NCBI GenBank assembly: GCA_963662275.1
Contig: OY759316.1
Coordinates: 1,248,001 to 1,312,000 of the forward strand
Source of the DNA: Candidatus Cloacimonadales bacterium
Lineage (GTDB): Bacteria > Cloacimonadota > Cloacimonadia > Cloacimonadales > DAONDQ01
Length of the DNA stretch: 64,000 nt
Direction of reading: 5' to 3'
This document shows, piece by piece, positions 39,492 through 50,088 of the stretch (positions within the stretch are counted from its first letter, which is position 1; each line of letters opens with the position of its first letter). The notes beneath the pieces are model-generated. The model was not told the DNA's origin, did not search any database, and saw only the letters and a list, made by a program, of their open reading frames with translations. The translations under genes were made by a program, and so were the position numbers.

Positions 39492-42044
39492 ATGTCAGTG
39501 AAAAGAAATATCAGTGCCTTCATAGGTTCCTTTATTAGCATTGTTCTTCTCAGCATTGCCTTTTGGATCATACATGTAAAACTTAAACAATACCATTATC
39601 ATGAGATTGTATTTGCCATGCATAGCATTTCGAAAATCCACATACTCTGGGCATTGGGGTTAACCTTTGTAAGTTATTTTGTAATGACATTCTATGATTA
39701 TCTAGCTCTCCGTTACGTTAATTTCAAGCTATCCTATTCTAAAATATCCTTTTCCTCATTCATTGCCTATTCATTCAGCAATAGCATGGGGCATCCGCTG
39801 ATCACAGGAGCCGTCAGATACAGATTGTATTCTGCATGGGGATTGAGTGCCATTAATATAGCCAAAGTAGTGGCTTTTTGCACATTTACATTATGGCTGG
39901 GTTTTGTGTTTCTTGCCGGTTTATTCTTTTCGATAGCTCCCATGCATTTGCCTAGTAGTATTCACTTACCGTTTAATTCAATACGCATCATAGGTTTCCT
40001 ATTTCTAAGTATCGTCATCGGGTATTTTGGCTTAGTCTTTCTTAAGAGAATCAAGATTCCATTTAGGAAATGGAGTTTTGAGTTACCACGACCGCAAATT
40101 GCCATCAGCCAGCTCTTTGTATCTTCATTGGATTGGATATTTGCCGGTTCGGTATTATTCTTGCTGCTCCCCCAAGGGCATAGTATTCATTTCTTTACTT
40201 TCATGAGCTTCTATCTACTAGCCCAGGTAATTGCAATCATCAGTCAAGTCCCAGGGGGAATCGGGGTTTTTGAATCTTTAATGTTGCTGTTACTCGGTAA
40301 TGCTTTTACTCCAGCAACAACAATGGGAGTTTTGCTGGCAAATCGCATGATATATTATTTAATTCCTTTAGGATTTGGGTCATTGCTATTTGCCGGTAAT
40401 GAACTTGTTCGTCAACGCAAGCACTTGAAATATGTGATGAACCTCTATGATAAGTTGATTGCTCCACTAGCACCTCAATTATATGCGATTCTTGTCTTCC
40501 TGGGTGGCATTATCTTATTGTTTTCAACAGTGACACCTTCCGTGCATCATAGGTTAATGGCTTTGCAGGAAATTATTCCAGTTCCTGTGATTGAAATATC
40601 TCATTTCATGGGCAGTATCATTGGGATTACACTATTGTTCTTAGCGAGAGGATTACAAAAACGACTCGATTCTGCTTATTATCTGACGATTTTGATGATG
40701 CTAGCAGGCGTACTTGTTTCTTTGCTCAAGGGATTTGACTATGAAGAAGCATTGATATTAAGTGTCATGCTGCTTGTCTTGATTCCCAGTCATCGGCATT
40801 TTTATCGAAAATCATCATTACTTAACCAGCCATTTACACCGATGTGGATATTGTCAATATTCATCGCACTTTGTTGTACCGTATGGCTCGGATTCTTCTC
40901 TTTCAAGCATGTTCAATATGCAAAAGAGTTATGGTGGAGTTTCACTCTTCATGGAGATGCCCCCAGGTTCTTACGTGAATTAGTGGGGCTTGCCGGATTC
41001 CTGTTGATATTCAGTATTATTCGCATGATGCGTATTACATCTCCGAAAATTGATGAAACCCCTGATATGAATGCAGTCAAAGAAATACTAAAATCTTCAG
41101 ATAATACAAATTCTAACCTGGCTTTATTGGGAGATAAACGTTTCTTCTTTAACGAACAGAAAACAGCATTCATCATGTATGCGATTGAAGGAAGAAGTTG
41201 GATTGTCATGGGTGATCCTATTGGTGAAGAATCAGAAATCAAGGAATTAGCCTGGCAATTTAGAGAATATTGCGATAGAAATGGAGGGAGAACTGTTTTT
41301 TATGAAGTTGGAACCAAAAATCTCGACCATTTCCTGGATATGGGTTTAACTCTAACAAAAATAGGAGAAACTGCCAGAATCGATTTGAGCTTATTTGATT
41401 TGGAAGCTGCCGGACATAAAAGACATCGTAGAACGCTTAAAACTGTAGAATTAGATGGCTGTTCCTTCGAAATGGTTCCTGTTGATAAAGTATCGGATAT
41501 CATGCAAGACCTTCAAACAATATCTGATGCCTGGTTAGTTGCCAAGAATGCTCGTGAGAAAGGCTTTTCACTTGGCTATTTCAGCTCTGATTACATCAGG
41601 CAATTCCCTGTTGCTGTTGTGAAAAAAAATGAAGAGATCATTGCTTTTGCGAATATCTGGACGACAAATACTAAAAATGAAATGTCAATCGATTTAATGC
41701 GTTATATCCCTGGTAAAACTGATAGTGTTATGGAATATCTGTTCCTAAAGCTGATTATCTGGGGAAAGGAAAATGGATATCTATGGTTTGAACTTGGAAT
41801 GGCTCCTTTATCCGGGTTGTATAATCGATCGTTAGCACCTTTATGGCATCGGTTAGGCTCTTTGATATTCCAATTTGGCAATCCGGTATATAAACTGCAA
41901 GGGCTTAGAGCATACAAAGAGAAATTTGATCCAACCTGGGAGCCGATCTACATTGCCTCTCCGGGAGGACTGTCGTTACCTGAAATTTTGATAAACCTCT
42001 CTTCTTTGATCTCAAAAGGTTATAAACGCTATCTTAAAACTTAA
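39492..42044 (+). CDS. mprF: Bifunctional lysyl-phosphatidylglycerol synthase/flippase
   Basis: Multi-TM N-terminus with RYRLY and PGGIGVFE; DUF2156 domain with MGDPIG, REKGFSLG, DLMRY, LGMAPL, YKEKF. Confidence 0.95.
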   Translation: MSVKRNISAFIGSFISIVLLSIAFWIIHVKLKQYHYHEIVFAMHSISKIHILWALGLTFVSYFVMTFYDYLALRYVNFKLSYSKISFSSFIAYSFSNSMGHPLITGAVRYRLYSAWGLSAINIAKVVAFCTFTLWLGFVFLAGLFFSIAPMHLPSSIHLPFNSIRIIGFLFLSIVIGYFGLVFLKRIKIPFRKWSFELPRPQIAISQLFVSSLDWIFAGSVLFLLLPQGHSIHFFTFMSFYLLAQVIAIISQVPGGIGVFESLMLLLLGNAFTPATTMGVLLANRMIYYLIPLGFGSLLFAGNELVRQRKHLKYVMNLYDKLIAPLAPQLYAILVFLGGIILLFSTVTPSVHHRLMALQEIIPVPVIEISHFMGSIIGITLLFLARGLQKRLDSAYYLTILMMLAGVLVSLLKGFDYEEALILSVMLLVLIPSHRHFYRKSSLLNQPFTPMWILSIFIALCCTVWLGFFSFKHVQYAKELWWSFTLHGDAPRFLRELVGLAGFLLIFSIIRMMRITSPKIDETPDMNAVKEILKSSDNTNSNLALLGDKRFFFNEQKTAFIMYAIEGRSWIVMGDPIGEESEIKELAWQFREYCDRNGGRTVFYEVGTKNLDHFLDMGLTLTKIGETARIDLSLFDLEAAGHKRHRRTLKTVELDGCSFEMVPVDKVSDIMQDLQTISDAWLVAKNAREKGFSLGYFSSDYIRQFPVAVVKKNEEIIAFANIWTTNTKNEMSIDLMRYIPGKTDSVMEYLFLKLIIWGKENGYLWFELGMAPLSGLYNRSLAPLWHRLGSLIFQFGNPVYKLQGLRAYKEKFDPTWEPIYIASPGGLSLPEILINLSSLISKGYKRYLKT

Positions 42045-42144
42045 ACCAGATGTAGGCATTCTGAAATAAGTGCTACAAATGCCACCCAAAATAGCGACAC
42101 ACAGTCTCCCATTAGATCTAACTCAATTGATAAGATTTCTGATA

Positions 42145-42906
42145 TTATGTTCGTACCTGCCAATCGTCAAATTGGAAGTCCAAGTCTACAAAGCCACACA
42201 TGATATAATTCTTAATTGCCACCGGATTGCTGGCATATAAGTAGAGATAATTATCGGATATTTGGTTGTGATAATCAACTAAGAAATGCATCAGTGATCT
42301 TCCATATCCCTTCCCGCGATATTTTACATGCGTAATGACATCATCGACCCGTGAATAGTGTTCCATGATCTTCAATGATGCTATTGTTACAGGTTTATCC
42401 TCTACAAAACCGACTAGTAAATGAAATGAGGGTAGTTTCAGATGCCTTTCAATGACCTTAACAGTCCATTCACCACCATCATCATCAGAGAAAATGATAG
42501 CATTCACATCGGGTGTAAGTTCATAAATTCTCTGAAATGTGATATTTTGGACGATCCTGACATCCGATGGTTTCTGCCATAAAAAATACTGATTCAAGTT
42601 CTGATAGGCAAGATGGAACTGATATTTATCAAAATAAGGTTGGAGAATATCCAGTTCTTTTGCCTGCATAGAGGCAAAAATACGTGGAATGATCTGTTTA
42701 CTACTGTAAAAGGATAGGATTTCCTGGAATGCATGATCTAAATCAGATGTTAAATCTGTGATTATGGCATGATTGCTGTCCCAGGAATCTTTATTATCAT
42801 CATTATAATAGAGTATCCCATAAGAATTGATGATAGAATCAGCAAAATCCTGTGGGAAATGAATCTCTTTATCAATGAGATCCTCCATATTAAACGATGG
42901 TTTCAT
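42145..42906 (-). CDS. GNAT family acetyltransferase
   Basis: VITHVKYRGKGYG, AIKNYIMCGF. Confidence 0.85.
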   Translation of the reverse strand: MKPSFNMEDLIDKEIHFPQDFADSIINSYGILYYNDDNKDSWDSNHAIITDLTSDLDHAFQEILSFYSSKQIIPRIFASMQAKELDILQPYFDKYQFHLAYQNLNQYFLWQKPSDVRIVQNITFQRIYELTPDVNAIIFSDDDGGEWTVKVIERHLKLPSFHLLVGFVEDKPVTIASLKIMEHYSRVDDVITHVKYRGKGYGRSLMHFLVDYHNQISDNYLYLYASNPVAIKNYIMCGFVDLDFQFDDWQVRT

Positions 42907-43034
42907 TTATGCTCCAAAAGAATGTTACTATCAATTCAGATGACAGTTTAAGTACATGATCTGAATTTGTATCATTCTGCTATACTTTTATTATCGTCAA
43001 GAATTAAATGCAGAAACGATCAGACAGATCACAG

Positions 43035-44895
43035 GAGACTGTTCAAAATTAACCTCCATTTTACGCAGCCTTATTGGTAGTGACAGAGAAAAAGTGGTCT
43101 AAGTGCGACCAATCCACATTTTCTTGACATATGCGGGAGATATTTAAACTTGCTAAAAGTGATTCCTGACGCATGATTGGTTGACCTTTATCGACCAGTT
43201 CTTTGAACCAAAGCGAAAACACAAGGTTGCGGGTGGTTTCTTCAGATTTTAGTCCAAATCTACCGGATGTCACCTTCTTGATTTTGCGGTTCCAGCGTTC
43301 AGAGACATTGGAAGTCAAACCTTTGCTGAGGTGTCTCCAATCACTAATGATATTGCTTTTGATGTATTCGGCGGCGGTTGGGGGAGTAATAGCTGTCAGG
43401 CTTGCGATACCCTTTTTCCTTCCGCCCGCCGTTTCTCTTCGGAAAGCTTTCATAATCCTCTTCTTAAAGAACTTGTCCCTGTCTTCAGGGAGATGACATT
43501 GACTGATTCTTTTGAAGAGATTTCGTATCTTATGGAACTTACAGAGTTGGTAATGGACTTTTGGAAACACTGTTTTTCTTGCAACTGCTAACGATTTACT
43601 GCCATCACTGACAATCAGGGTTGGATCTTTCCTGTAGAGCTGTCTGAAGGTTCTGAAACATGCTTCGAATGATTCTTTCTTTGTGTCAGGATACAACTCA
43701 CAAAACAGAGGGATGTGAGTCACAAAATCAACAATACTGATGACATAGTACGGAATACCTTTGATCTTCACATATTTCTCATCAATGCTGATCTTTCCGC
43801 TCCACTTACCGATTGAGTTCAGAATCAGGCTCTGCAGGTCAGCGATTTCATGCCAGAGATTTGAGACTGTAGCTTTACAGGTGTTGAGCAGCAAAGCTAT
43901 CGTCTCGAAGTTCATACCGCTTCCAACCAGGTAATGTACCAGCAGACACAGGTTCTTGCGTTCCAGACTATGGAACGGCTTTGCATCGGCGGTTCTATGG
44001 GATGTATTGCCTTTAGCAGTCTTCATTTGTTCCAGGAGTCTGTCACAGATAACAGGTGTATTCTGCTGACCGGCAAGCAGTTTCAGCAGATGTACAGCAT
44101 CACCGCCTACTGTCTTTTTCAGAAGAAGCTTCTGAGCTTGCTTAACTACAGACAGAGAATTGACCTGAGAAGCATATTTGCAGAAAGTGGTATAGGACAT
44201 TTTAAAATCATGATGGCTGATGAACTCCTGATACATGACATTTAAAGGTAAAAGCAGGTTATTGATAACAAAATTCTCGATCTGAGGAATACACTCCAGC
44301 AGGTCAACTTTCCGGCTTAAATATGCCAGGATATCATGACCATGCTGCTCAAACTCTTGCCAGAAATTATGTACATTCCTGCGGTCTGCGTAGTTAAACA
44401 GATCAGCTATTTGCTGAAGTGTAAGGAGGTTGTCTCCGCCTATTCCTACTAATAAGCGTAGAAACGCTATTAAGAACTTGTGGTTTGATGTTGTCTCAGG
44501 CAAAGTGAATGAAAATGGTACGTTAATACTTACATGGTATTGGTTACTTTCATGACTAACACTTACCGCTTCTTGAATTGGAGTGTTTTTTTGTCATAAT
44601 ATCCTCCCTTTTGTTACCAGGTAACAAATGCCATTGAAGCTATAGCAAAAAACTTGTAAAGAACTATTTTATATGATTTTAACTACACATTTAGTCAGAA
44701 ACGGCTTCGAAACATTACTTATAATCGCGTGTTTTTCAATTTTAGTCAAAAAGCTTAACTTGTGATTTGGTGTCCTTAGCAGAGCTTATCTGTCAATTCT
44801 GGAAGGTATGTTAAATTATGACCGTTTCGACCACTTTTTTCAACTTGCTACTTTCTAACTTATTGAATATTATGAATAACTTCATGAACAGTCTC
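43035..44895 (-). mobile_element. IS6-like insertion sequence (1861 bp) with 8-bp target duplication
   Basis: TIR GAGACTGTTCA (43035-43045) / TGAACAGTCTC (44885-44895); GATCACAG repeated at 43027-43034 and 44896-44903. Confidence 0.92.
43061..44503 (-). CDS. DDE transposase, IS6/IS240-like catalytic domain with long N-terminal extension
   Basis: ISIDEKYVKIKG, IVSDG, QLCKFH, TSNVSERWNRKIK; the true start may be the out-of-frame ATG at 44597. Confidence 0.85.
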   Translation of the reverse strand: MPETTSNHKFLIAFLRLLVGIGGDNLLTLQQIADLFNYADRRNVHNFWQEFEQHGHDILAYLSRKVDLLECIPQIENFVINNLLLPLNVMYQEFISHHDFKMSYTTFCKYASQVNSLSVVKQAQKLLLKKTVGGDAVHLLKLLAGQQNTPVICDRLLEQMKTAKGNTSHRTADAKPFHSLERKNLCLLVHYLVGSGMNFETIALLLNTCKATVSNLWHEIADLQSLILNSIGKWSGKISIDEKYVKIKGIPYYVISIVDFVTHIPLFCELYPDTKKESFEACFRTFRQLYRKDPTLIVSDGSKSLAVARKTVFPKVHYQLCKFHKIRNLFKRISQCHLPEDRDKFFKKRIMKAFRRETAGGRKKGIASLTAITPPTAAEYIKSNIISDWRHLSKGLTSNVSERWNRKIKKVTSGRFGLKSEETTRNLVFSLWFKELVDKGQPIMRQESLLASLNISRICQENVDWSHLDHFFSVTTNKAA

Positions 44896-44973
44896 GATCA
44901 CAGAACAGAGACTGACAGCTTCTGCCTGCAAAACTTCTTGACACAGCACACGAGTCACAAACTGAATCCATCT

Positions 44974-46155
44974 ATGCGTATAATAGTAAAAAAATTCGGG
45001 GGAACTTCGGTTGGGAATATCGAGCGAATAAAGACGATAGCCCACGAAATTGCCCGTACAAAAAAACCAGATGACCAGATTGTTATCGTTGTTTCTGCTA
45101 TGGCAAAGACAACAGATGACCTGTTTCATTTAGCTTACGAAATTACCGAGCATCCTTCACGTCGTGAATTGGATATGTTACTGACTGCTGGAGAAAGGAT
45201 CAGCATGACTCTTCTATCCCTGGCTTTGCAGAAAGAGAAATTGCCCTCTATTTCGTTCACCGGTTCACAGAGTGGAATTCTCACGGATACTAAGCATGGT
45301 AATGCACGTATACTGAATGTCAGGGCATTTCGAATTAAGGAAGAGCTTTCTACAGGAAAGATTGTCATTGTTGCTGGATTCCAGGGTGTTTCCATGAATA
45401 AGGAGATCACGACTTTAGGCAGGGGAGGGTCGGATACAACCGCAGTTGCTTTGGCTTCCTACCTTCAAGCTGATAAATGCGAGATATTTACAGATGTCGA
45501 TGGCGTTTATACCGCTGATCCACGTATTGTTACAAATGCGAAGAAATTGACTAAAGTGTCCTACCAATTGATGCTTGCTTTGGCGAATAACGGTTCTAAA
45601 GTATTACATCCGAGAGCTGTGGAATTTGCCTGCGCATATAAAATACCCGTGGAAATCAAATCTTCCTTCACTTTTGAAGAAGGAACCTTAATAGCTGAGG
45701 ATATAAATATGGAAGAACGCGGAATTACTGCTATTGCACATAAGGAAAACCTGTGCAGATCACATCTTCGCTTTGCAGATCAAACCCAAATCATCCACTT
45801 TCTATCAAATTTGGGATTTGATATTTTCAATTACCAGGTTATTAATGACAAAGAGATGTATATTTCGGTGGAAGAGAAGTATCAGCATGATTTTCGCAAA
45901 TTACTGACTGATGCCGGGGTAGAGATTATAGATGTGGAAGCGCAACTGGGTTCTGTATCTATTGTCGGTGTAGGTATCAACTATGATTTGGAATTTGTGG
46001 CTAATGTGATGAAAGCCATGGATGATATTAAAGCTACTGTCCGTTTATTACAAAGAAATGACCTGGGTTTGATTCTTATCATTCCCTCAAATAAAGTAGC
46101 GGAGGCTGTTAACGTTCTTCACGAACGCCTGATGACCGAGGATTTGTTTGTTTAA
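44974..46155 (+). CDS. lysC: Aspartate kinase
   Basis: VKKFGGTSV, VVSAM, TTLGRGGSDTTA, TDVDGVYTADP; ATG at 44974. Confidence 0.93.
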   Translation: MRIIVKKFGGTSVGNIERIKTIAHEIARTKKPDDQIVIVVSAMAKTTDDLFHLAYEITEHPSRRELDMLLTAGERISMTLLSLALQKEKLPSISFTGSQSGILTDTKHGNARILNVRAFRIKEELSTGKIVIVAGFQGVSMNKEITTLGRGGSDTTAVALASYLQADKCEIFTDVDGVYTADPRIVTNAKKLTKVSYQLMLALANNGSKVLHPRAVEFACAYKIPVEIKSSFTFEEGTLIAEDINMEERGITAIAHKENLCRSHLRFADQTQIIHFLSNLGFDIFNYQVINDKEMYISVEEKYQHDFRKLLTDAGVEIIDVEAQLGSVSIVGVGINYDLEFVANVMKAMDDIKATVRLLQRNDLGLILIIPSNKVAEAVNVLHERLMTEDLFV

Positions 46156-46198
46156 CGGTTATGAATAACCGTCCACATAATAGATAGGAGTATTAATA

Positions 46199-48226
46199 AT
46201 GAGTAGAAAGATAGTTACCAGTGCACTTCCTTATGCGAATGGTAAATTACATATTGGTCATGTGGCAGGTGCATATTTGCCTGCTGATATATACGTGCGT
46301 TATCTTCGTCTTCAGAAGGAAGATGTGATCTATATATGCGGAACAGATGAACATGGTTCCCCGATATCCATCAAGGCAGAAGCAGAAGGTGTGACACCCC
46401 GAAATATCGTAGATAAATTCCACAAGAGCATTGAAGACAGCTTTATCGGTTTGGGAATTGACTTCGATAACTTTTCCGGAACTGCCCGACCGGAACATCA
46501 TGCTATTTCACAACAGTTTTTTACTGATCTCTTTGAAAATGATTACATCCTAACCAAGATAACCACACAGTTTTATTGTGAAAATGACAAACGCTTCCTG
46601 GCAGACCGTTATGTTGAGGGAATCTGCCCGCATTGCGGAGCAGATGGTGCTCGTGGTGATCAGTGTGATGCTTGTGGTAAGCTTATCGATACCATAACAC
46701 TGAAAGAGCCGAAGTGCAAGATATGCGGGCATACGCCAATTTTAAGGGATACTGAACATTGGTTTCTTGATCTTCCAAAGTTCACAGAGCGTTTGCAGCT
46801 TTGGTTAGAAAAGAAAACTGATTGGAAAGAGAATGTACTCAATTTCTCACTCGGAATGCTGAAGGAAGAATTAATACAACGGTCAATTACACGTGATATC
46901 GATTGGGGTGTTCCAGTTCCCTTACCGAATACCGAAGGTAAAGTACTTTACGTTTGGTTCGATGCGCCTATCGGTTATATTTCATCAACGGTGGAATGGG
47001 CAAAGAAGAAAGGTGAACCTGAACTTTGGAAAGACTACTGGCTGGCTCCTGATACAAAGCTCTATCATTTTATTGGCAAGGATAATATAACTTTCCATAC
47101 AATCATCTGGCCTGCTGTTCTGATGGGACAGAAGACCAAGTACGTTTTGCCATATCATGTACCAGCTAACGAATATCTTAATCTGGAAGGCAATAAAATA
47201 TCCACCAGCCGTAATTGGGCGATATGGGTGGAAGATTATCTGAAATACTTCGATGGTGATTATCTACGCTACGTACTGGCAGCCAATGCTCCTGAAAACA
47301 AAGATAGTGATTTCAGTTGGAAAGAATTCCAGGTTCGAGTGAACAGTGATTTGAACAATGTATTGGGTAATTTAGTGAATAGAGTTTTTACTTTCTGTCA
47401 AAAACAATTCGACAGCAATATATCTTATGTACCACATGTGAGTGAATTCAGTCAATCCACATTGTCCGAAGCTTATTCATTGGTGAATGAAATCAGGGAC
47501 TCATATGCGACTTTCCAAGTGCGTAAGGTTTGTCGTTTGGTCATGGATATTGCGCGTCTTGGTAACAAATATTTCGATGAAACCAAGCCTTGGGCTGAGA
47601 TAAAGAACAATAGAGACAAAGCTGCAGAGACAATGTTTGTTTGTGGTCAGTTAATTCACATTCTTTCTATTGTTTTCTATCCGATATTACCAAAGAGCAT
47701 GAAGAGACTGCGCAAGATGATGAATTTACTCGAAACACCTGACTGGTCAGAATTAGGCGGCTCTTTAAAAGAACCGATAGTAATCTGCTTAATTTCTCCT
47801 CTTTTCCGTAAGATAGAAGATTCAGAAATAGAGCAGCAACTTGAACTTCTCAAGGCTAATTCTGTGGCTGAACCAATCTGCGAAGAAGTGAAAGAGATCA
47901 AACCTGAGATTGAATATGAAGATTTTGAAAAGCTTGATCTTCGTGTGGTGCGTATCCTGGAAGCAGAGAAAGTGCCGAAAACTGATAAACTACTCCACTT
48001 GAAGGTTGATATCGGTGGTATGACCAAGGAGTTGATTGCAGGTATCCAAAAAGCGTACGAGCCGGAAGCAATCATAGGGAAGAAGGTTCTTATGCTTGTG
48101 AATCTTAAACCACGAACAATGCGCGGAATCACTTCACAGGGCATGATACTCTGTGCTGTCAAAGAAGATGGTTTAGCTCTTATGACGCCTGATTTCGATG
48201 TACCGGAGGGTACACCGGTATCATAA
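46199..48226 (+). CDS. metG: Methionine--tRNA ligase with C-terminal tRNA-binding domain
   Basis: TSALPYANG.LHIGH, Zn knuckles, YVWFDA, KISTS, C-terminal SQGMIL. Confidence 0.97.
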   Translation: MSRKIVTSALPYANGKLHIGHVAGAYLPADIYVRYLRLQKEDVIYICGTDEHGSPISIKAEAEGVTPRNIVDKFHKSIEDSFIGLGIDFDNFSGTARPEHHAISQQFFTDLFENDYILTKITTQFYCENDKRFLADRYVEGICPHCGADGARGDQCDACGKLIDTITLKEPKCKICGHTPILRDTEHWFLDLPKFTERLQLWLEKKTDWKENVLNFSLGMLKEELIQRSITRDIDWGVPVPLPNTEGKVLYVWFDAPIGYISSTVEWAKKKGEPELWKDYWLAPDTKLYHFIGKDNITFHTIIWPAVLMGQKTKYVLPYHVPANEYLNLEGNKISTSRNWAIWVEDYLKYFDGDYLRYVLAANAPENKDSDFSWKEFQVRVNSDLNNVLGNLVNRVFTFCQKQFDSNISYVPHVSEFSQSTLSEAYSLVNEIRDSYATFQVRKVCRLVMDIARLGNKYFDETKPWAEIKNNRDKAAETMFVCGQLIHILSIVFYPILPKSMKRLRKMMNLLETPDWSELGGSLKEPIVICLISPLFRKIEDSEIEQQLELLKANSVAEPICEEVKEIKPEIEYEDFEKLDLRVVRILEAEKVPKTDKLLHLKVDIGGMTKELIAGIQKAYEPEAIIGKKVLMLVNLKPRTMRGITSQGMILCAVKEDGLALMTPDFDVPEGTPVS

Positions 48227-48254
48227 CAGCGATGGAAGTTATCTCAATCAATCC

Positions 48255-49706
48255 ATGAAATATATATTCACATTCTTCATGATTACGGGCTGTTTATCAT
48301 TGATGGCAGCCCATATTCATGATGGTGGTCTTTACTTGGATATCCTGATTAAATATGCCAGTCAAACAACGGTTTATGCTGATCATGAACTCAAGGTTGA
48401 ACAAATTTCATTACCCATTTCCTACACATTGATGCCGCCCATCAAAATATCTCTTACTCATTCAGAGGTGGATGATTACTATGCCTTCCTCATTAATACC
48501 ATACCTGTGGAACAGAATAATTCTCCAGATGAAACTAAAACTTTCAAAAAAGTGAGTAAGAATACCTGGGTAGATGGAAAGCTTCTGATTCGTGATTATT
48601 ATAAAATATACGATTCCAGGACATTCCAGACTCATGAAACTGCTGTGCAAATAGCAAAGGCAGAAAAGCGTTCTGTTAAGACCATCGAGAAACTTACTTA
48701 TCCGAATACCCAAGTATCAGTACGTGATCTTAGTGGTGAAGTGCATTATCTCGAATTACCTATACAAATTGTAGGGAAAGATGGTTTACACCTGGATGGA
48801 GAACCTGATGGCTATGCCGGAAACCTGCTAATTCAGCCTGCTGGTAAGGTACTGAGAATTCTGAATGATATTGAGCTTGAAGAATACCTGATGGGTGTGG
48901 TTCCTAATGAAATTGGTGACAATGCCCCCTTGGAAGCATTAAAAGCGCAAGCTGTAGCTGCACGTTCTGAAACAGTCTGTAATCTTTTATATAACAGGCA
49001 TATTGATGATAATGCAGATCTATGTAATACTACCCATTGCCAGGTATATAAAGGATATTTCAAACATCAGTCGAATATCGAAGAAGCTGTATTGGATACT
49101 GCCGGAGAAGTCATGATTTGCGATACCATTCTTGTAGATGCTGTCTATGGTAGTTCCTGCGGAGGAAGTACGGAAGAAAACCAGTATGCCTGGAAAGGGA
49201 AAGCTCTTCCATATTTGAAAAGTGTACCATGTGAGCCTGATGCCGCAGATTATGACCTCATGGATGATGATGACGCGATTAGATGGATAGACCAGAAATC
49301 AACGCTCTCTGATGGTGCAAGTTGGGAAAAACGGGCAACCTCCTGGGATAGAACGATCAGTCGTGAACAGCTTGAAAAGAATAGCGGTATTGCAGGCATT
49401 GAAAACATCATTGTCAAGAAGCGTGGAAAATCAGGCAGGATCATATTACTGGAAATACAGGGAAAAAATAACAGTATTATCCTGGATAATGAATATAAAA
49501 TACGGCAAGTCTTTGGTGGACTGCCAAGCTCCTGTTTTTATGTGACTGGTTCGGGGACATACTTCATAAAAGGCAAGGGATCAGGGCATGGGGTAGGCAT
49601 GTGCCAGGTTGGTGCATTGCGACGTGCCAGGGAAGGAATGTCCTACAAGGATATTCTACATTTTTATTATACGGATTGTGAAGTCTATACGGAATGGATG
49701 GAATGA
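48255..49706 (+). CDS. SpoIID/LytB domain protein
   Basis: LEEYLMGVVPNEI, EALKAQAVAARS, GSGHGVGMCQ, ILHFYY. Confidence 0.92.
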   Translation: MKYIFTFFMITGCLSLMAAHIHDGGLYLDILIKYASQTTVYADHELKVEQISLPISYTLMPPIKISLTHSEVDDYYAFLINTIPVEQNNSPDETKTFKKVSKNTWVDGKLLIRDYYKIYDSRTFQTHETAVQIAKAEKRSVKTIEKLTYPNTQVSVRDLSGEVHYLELPIQIVGKDGLHLDGEPDGYAGNLLIQPAGKVLRILNDIELEEYLMGVVPNEIGDNAPLEALKAQAVAARSETVCNLLYNRHIDDNADLCNTTHCQVYKGYFKHQSNIEEAVLDTAGEVMICDTILVDAVYGSSCGGSTEENQYAWKGKALPYLKSVPCEPDAADYDLMDDDDAIRWIDQKSTLSDGASWEKRATSWDRTISREQLEKNSGIAGIENIIVKKRGKSGRIILLEIQGKNNSIILDNEYKIRQVFGGLPSSCFYVTGSGTYFIKGKGSGHGVGMCQVGALRRAREGMSYKDILHFYYTDCEVYTEWME

Positions 49707-49713
49707 GCATAAG

Positions 49714-49748
49714 GTAACAGGTAACAGGGAATAGGGAATAGGGAATAG
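49714..49748 (+). repeat. Heptamer array after stop codon
   Basis: (GTAACAG)2 (GGAATAG)3. Confidence 0.85.
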
Positions 49749-49777
49749 ATATAGAGGATCAGATGCCTGTCTGAACT

Positions 49778-50071
49778 CCCCTCCCATTTGTAAAGGGAGG
49801 GGTCGGGGGAGAGCTAGTTTATTTCCATATATACGAATTTACATGAAAGCGAGACTGTTCATTGGTTGATTTCGACGAAGGAGAAATTGTATCGAAATGC
49901 ACCGACGTTACACTTCAATAGCTAGGAATGTCGTCTCTTCAATATAAATTGCTCATCTCGATACGTTATTCAGTAGAATAACACTCGATATACGCAATTC
50001 ACTCGGAGAACTCAGCTTTCTTCCCCTGTAGCGAAAACTGAGTATCTGGAGTTCATTTGCCCTAATAAATT
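49778..50071. repeat. Composite extragenic repeat cluster
   Basis: C/G hairpin at 49778-49813; repeat at ~49853-49899 shared with 9036; half unit of the 62-bp family at 50041-50071 that is the reverse complement of 29581-29611. Confidence 0.75.
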
Positions 50072-50088
50072 AAAATGCACTTTGCATA

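Noticed and set aside
44818..44973. N-terminal extension of lysC
   Set aside because: Begins inside the IS end; the family-typical start is MRIIVKKFGG at 44974.
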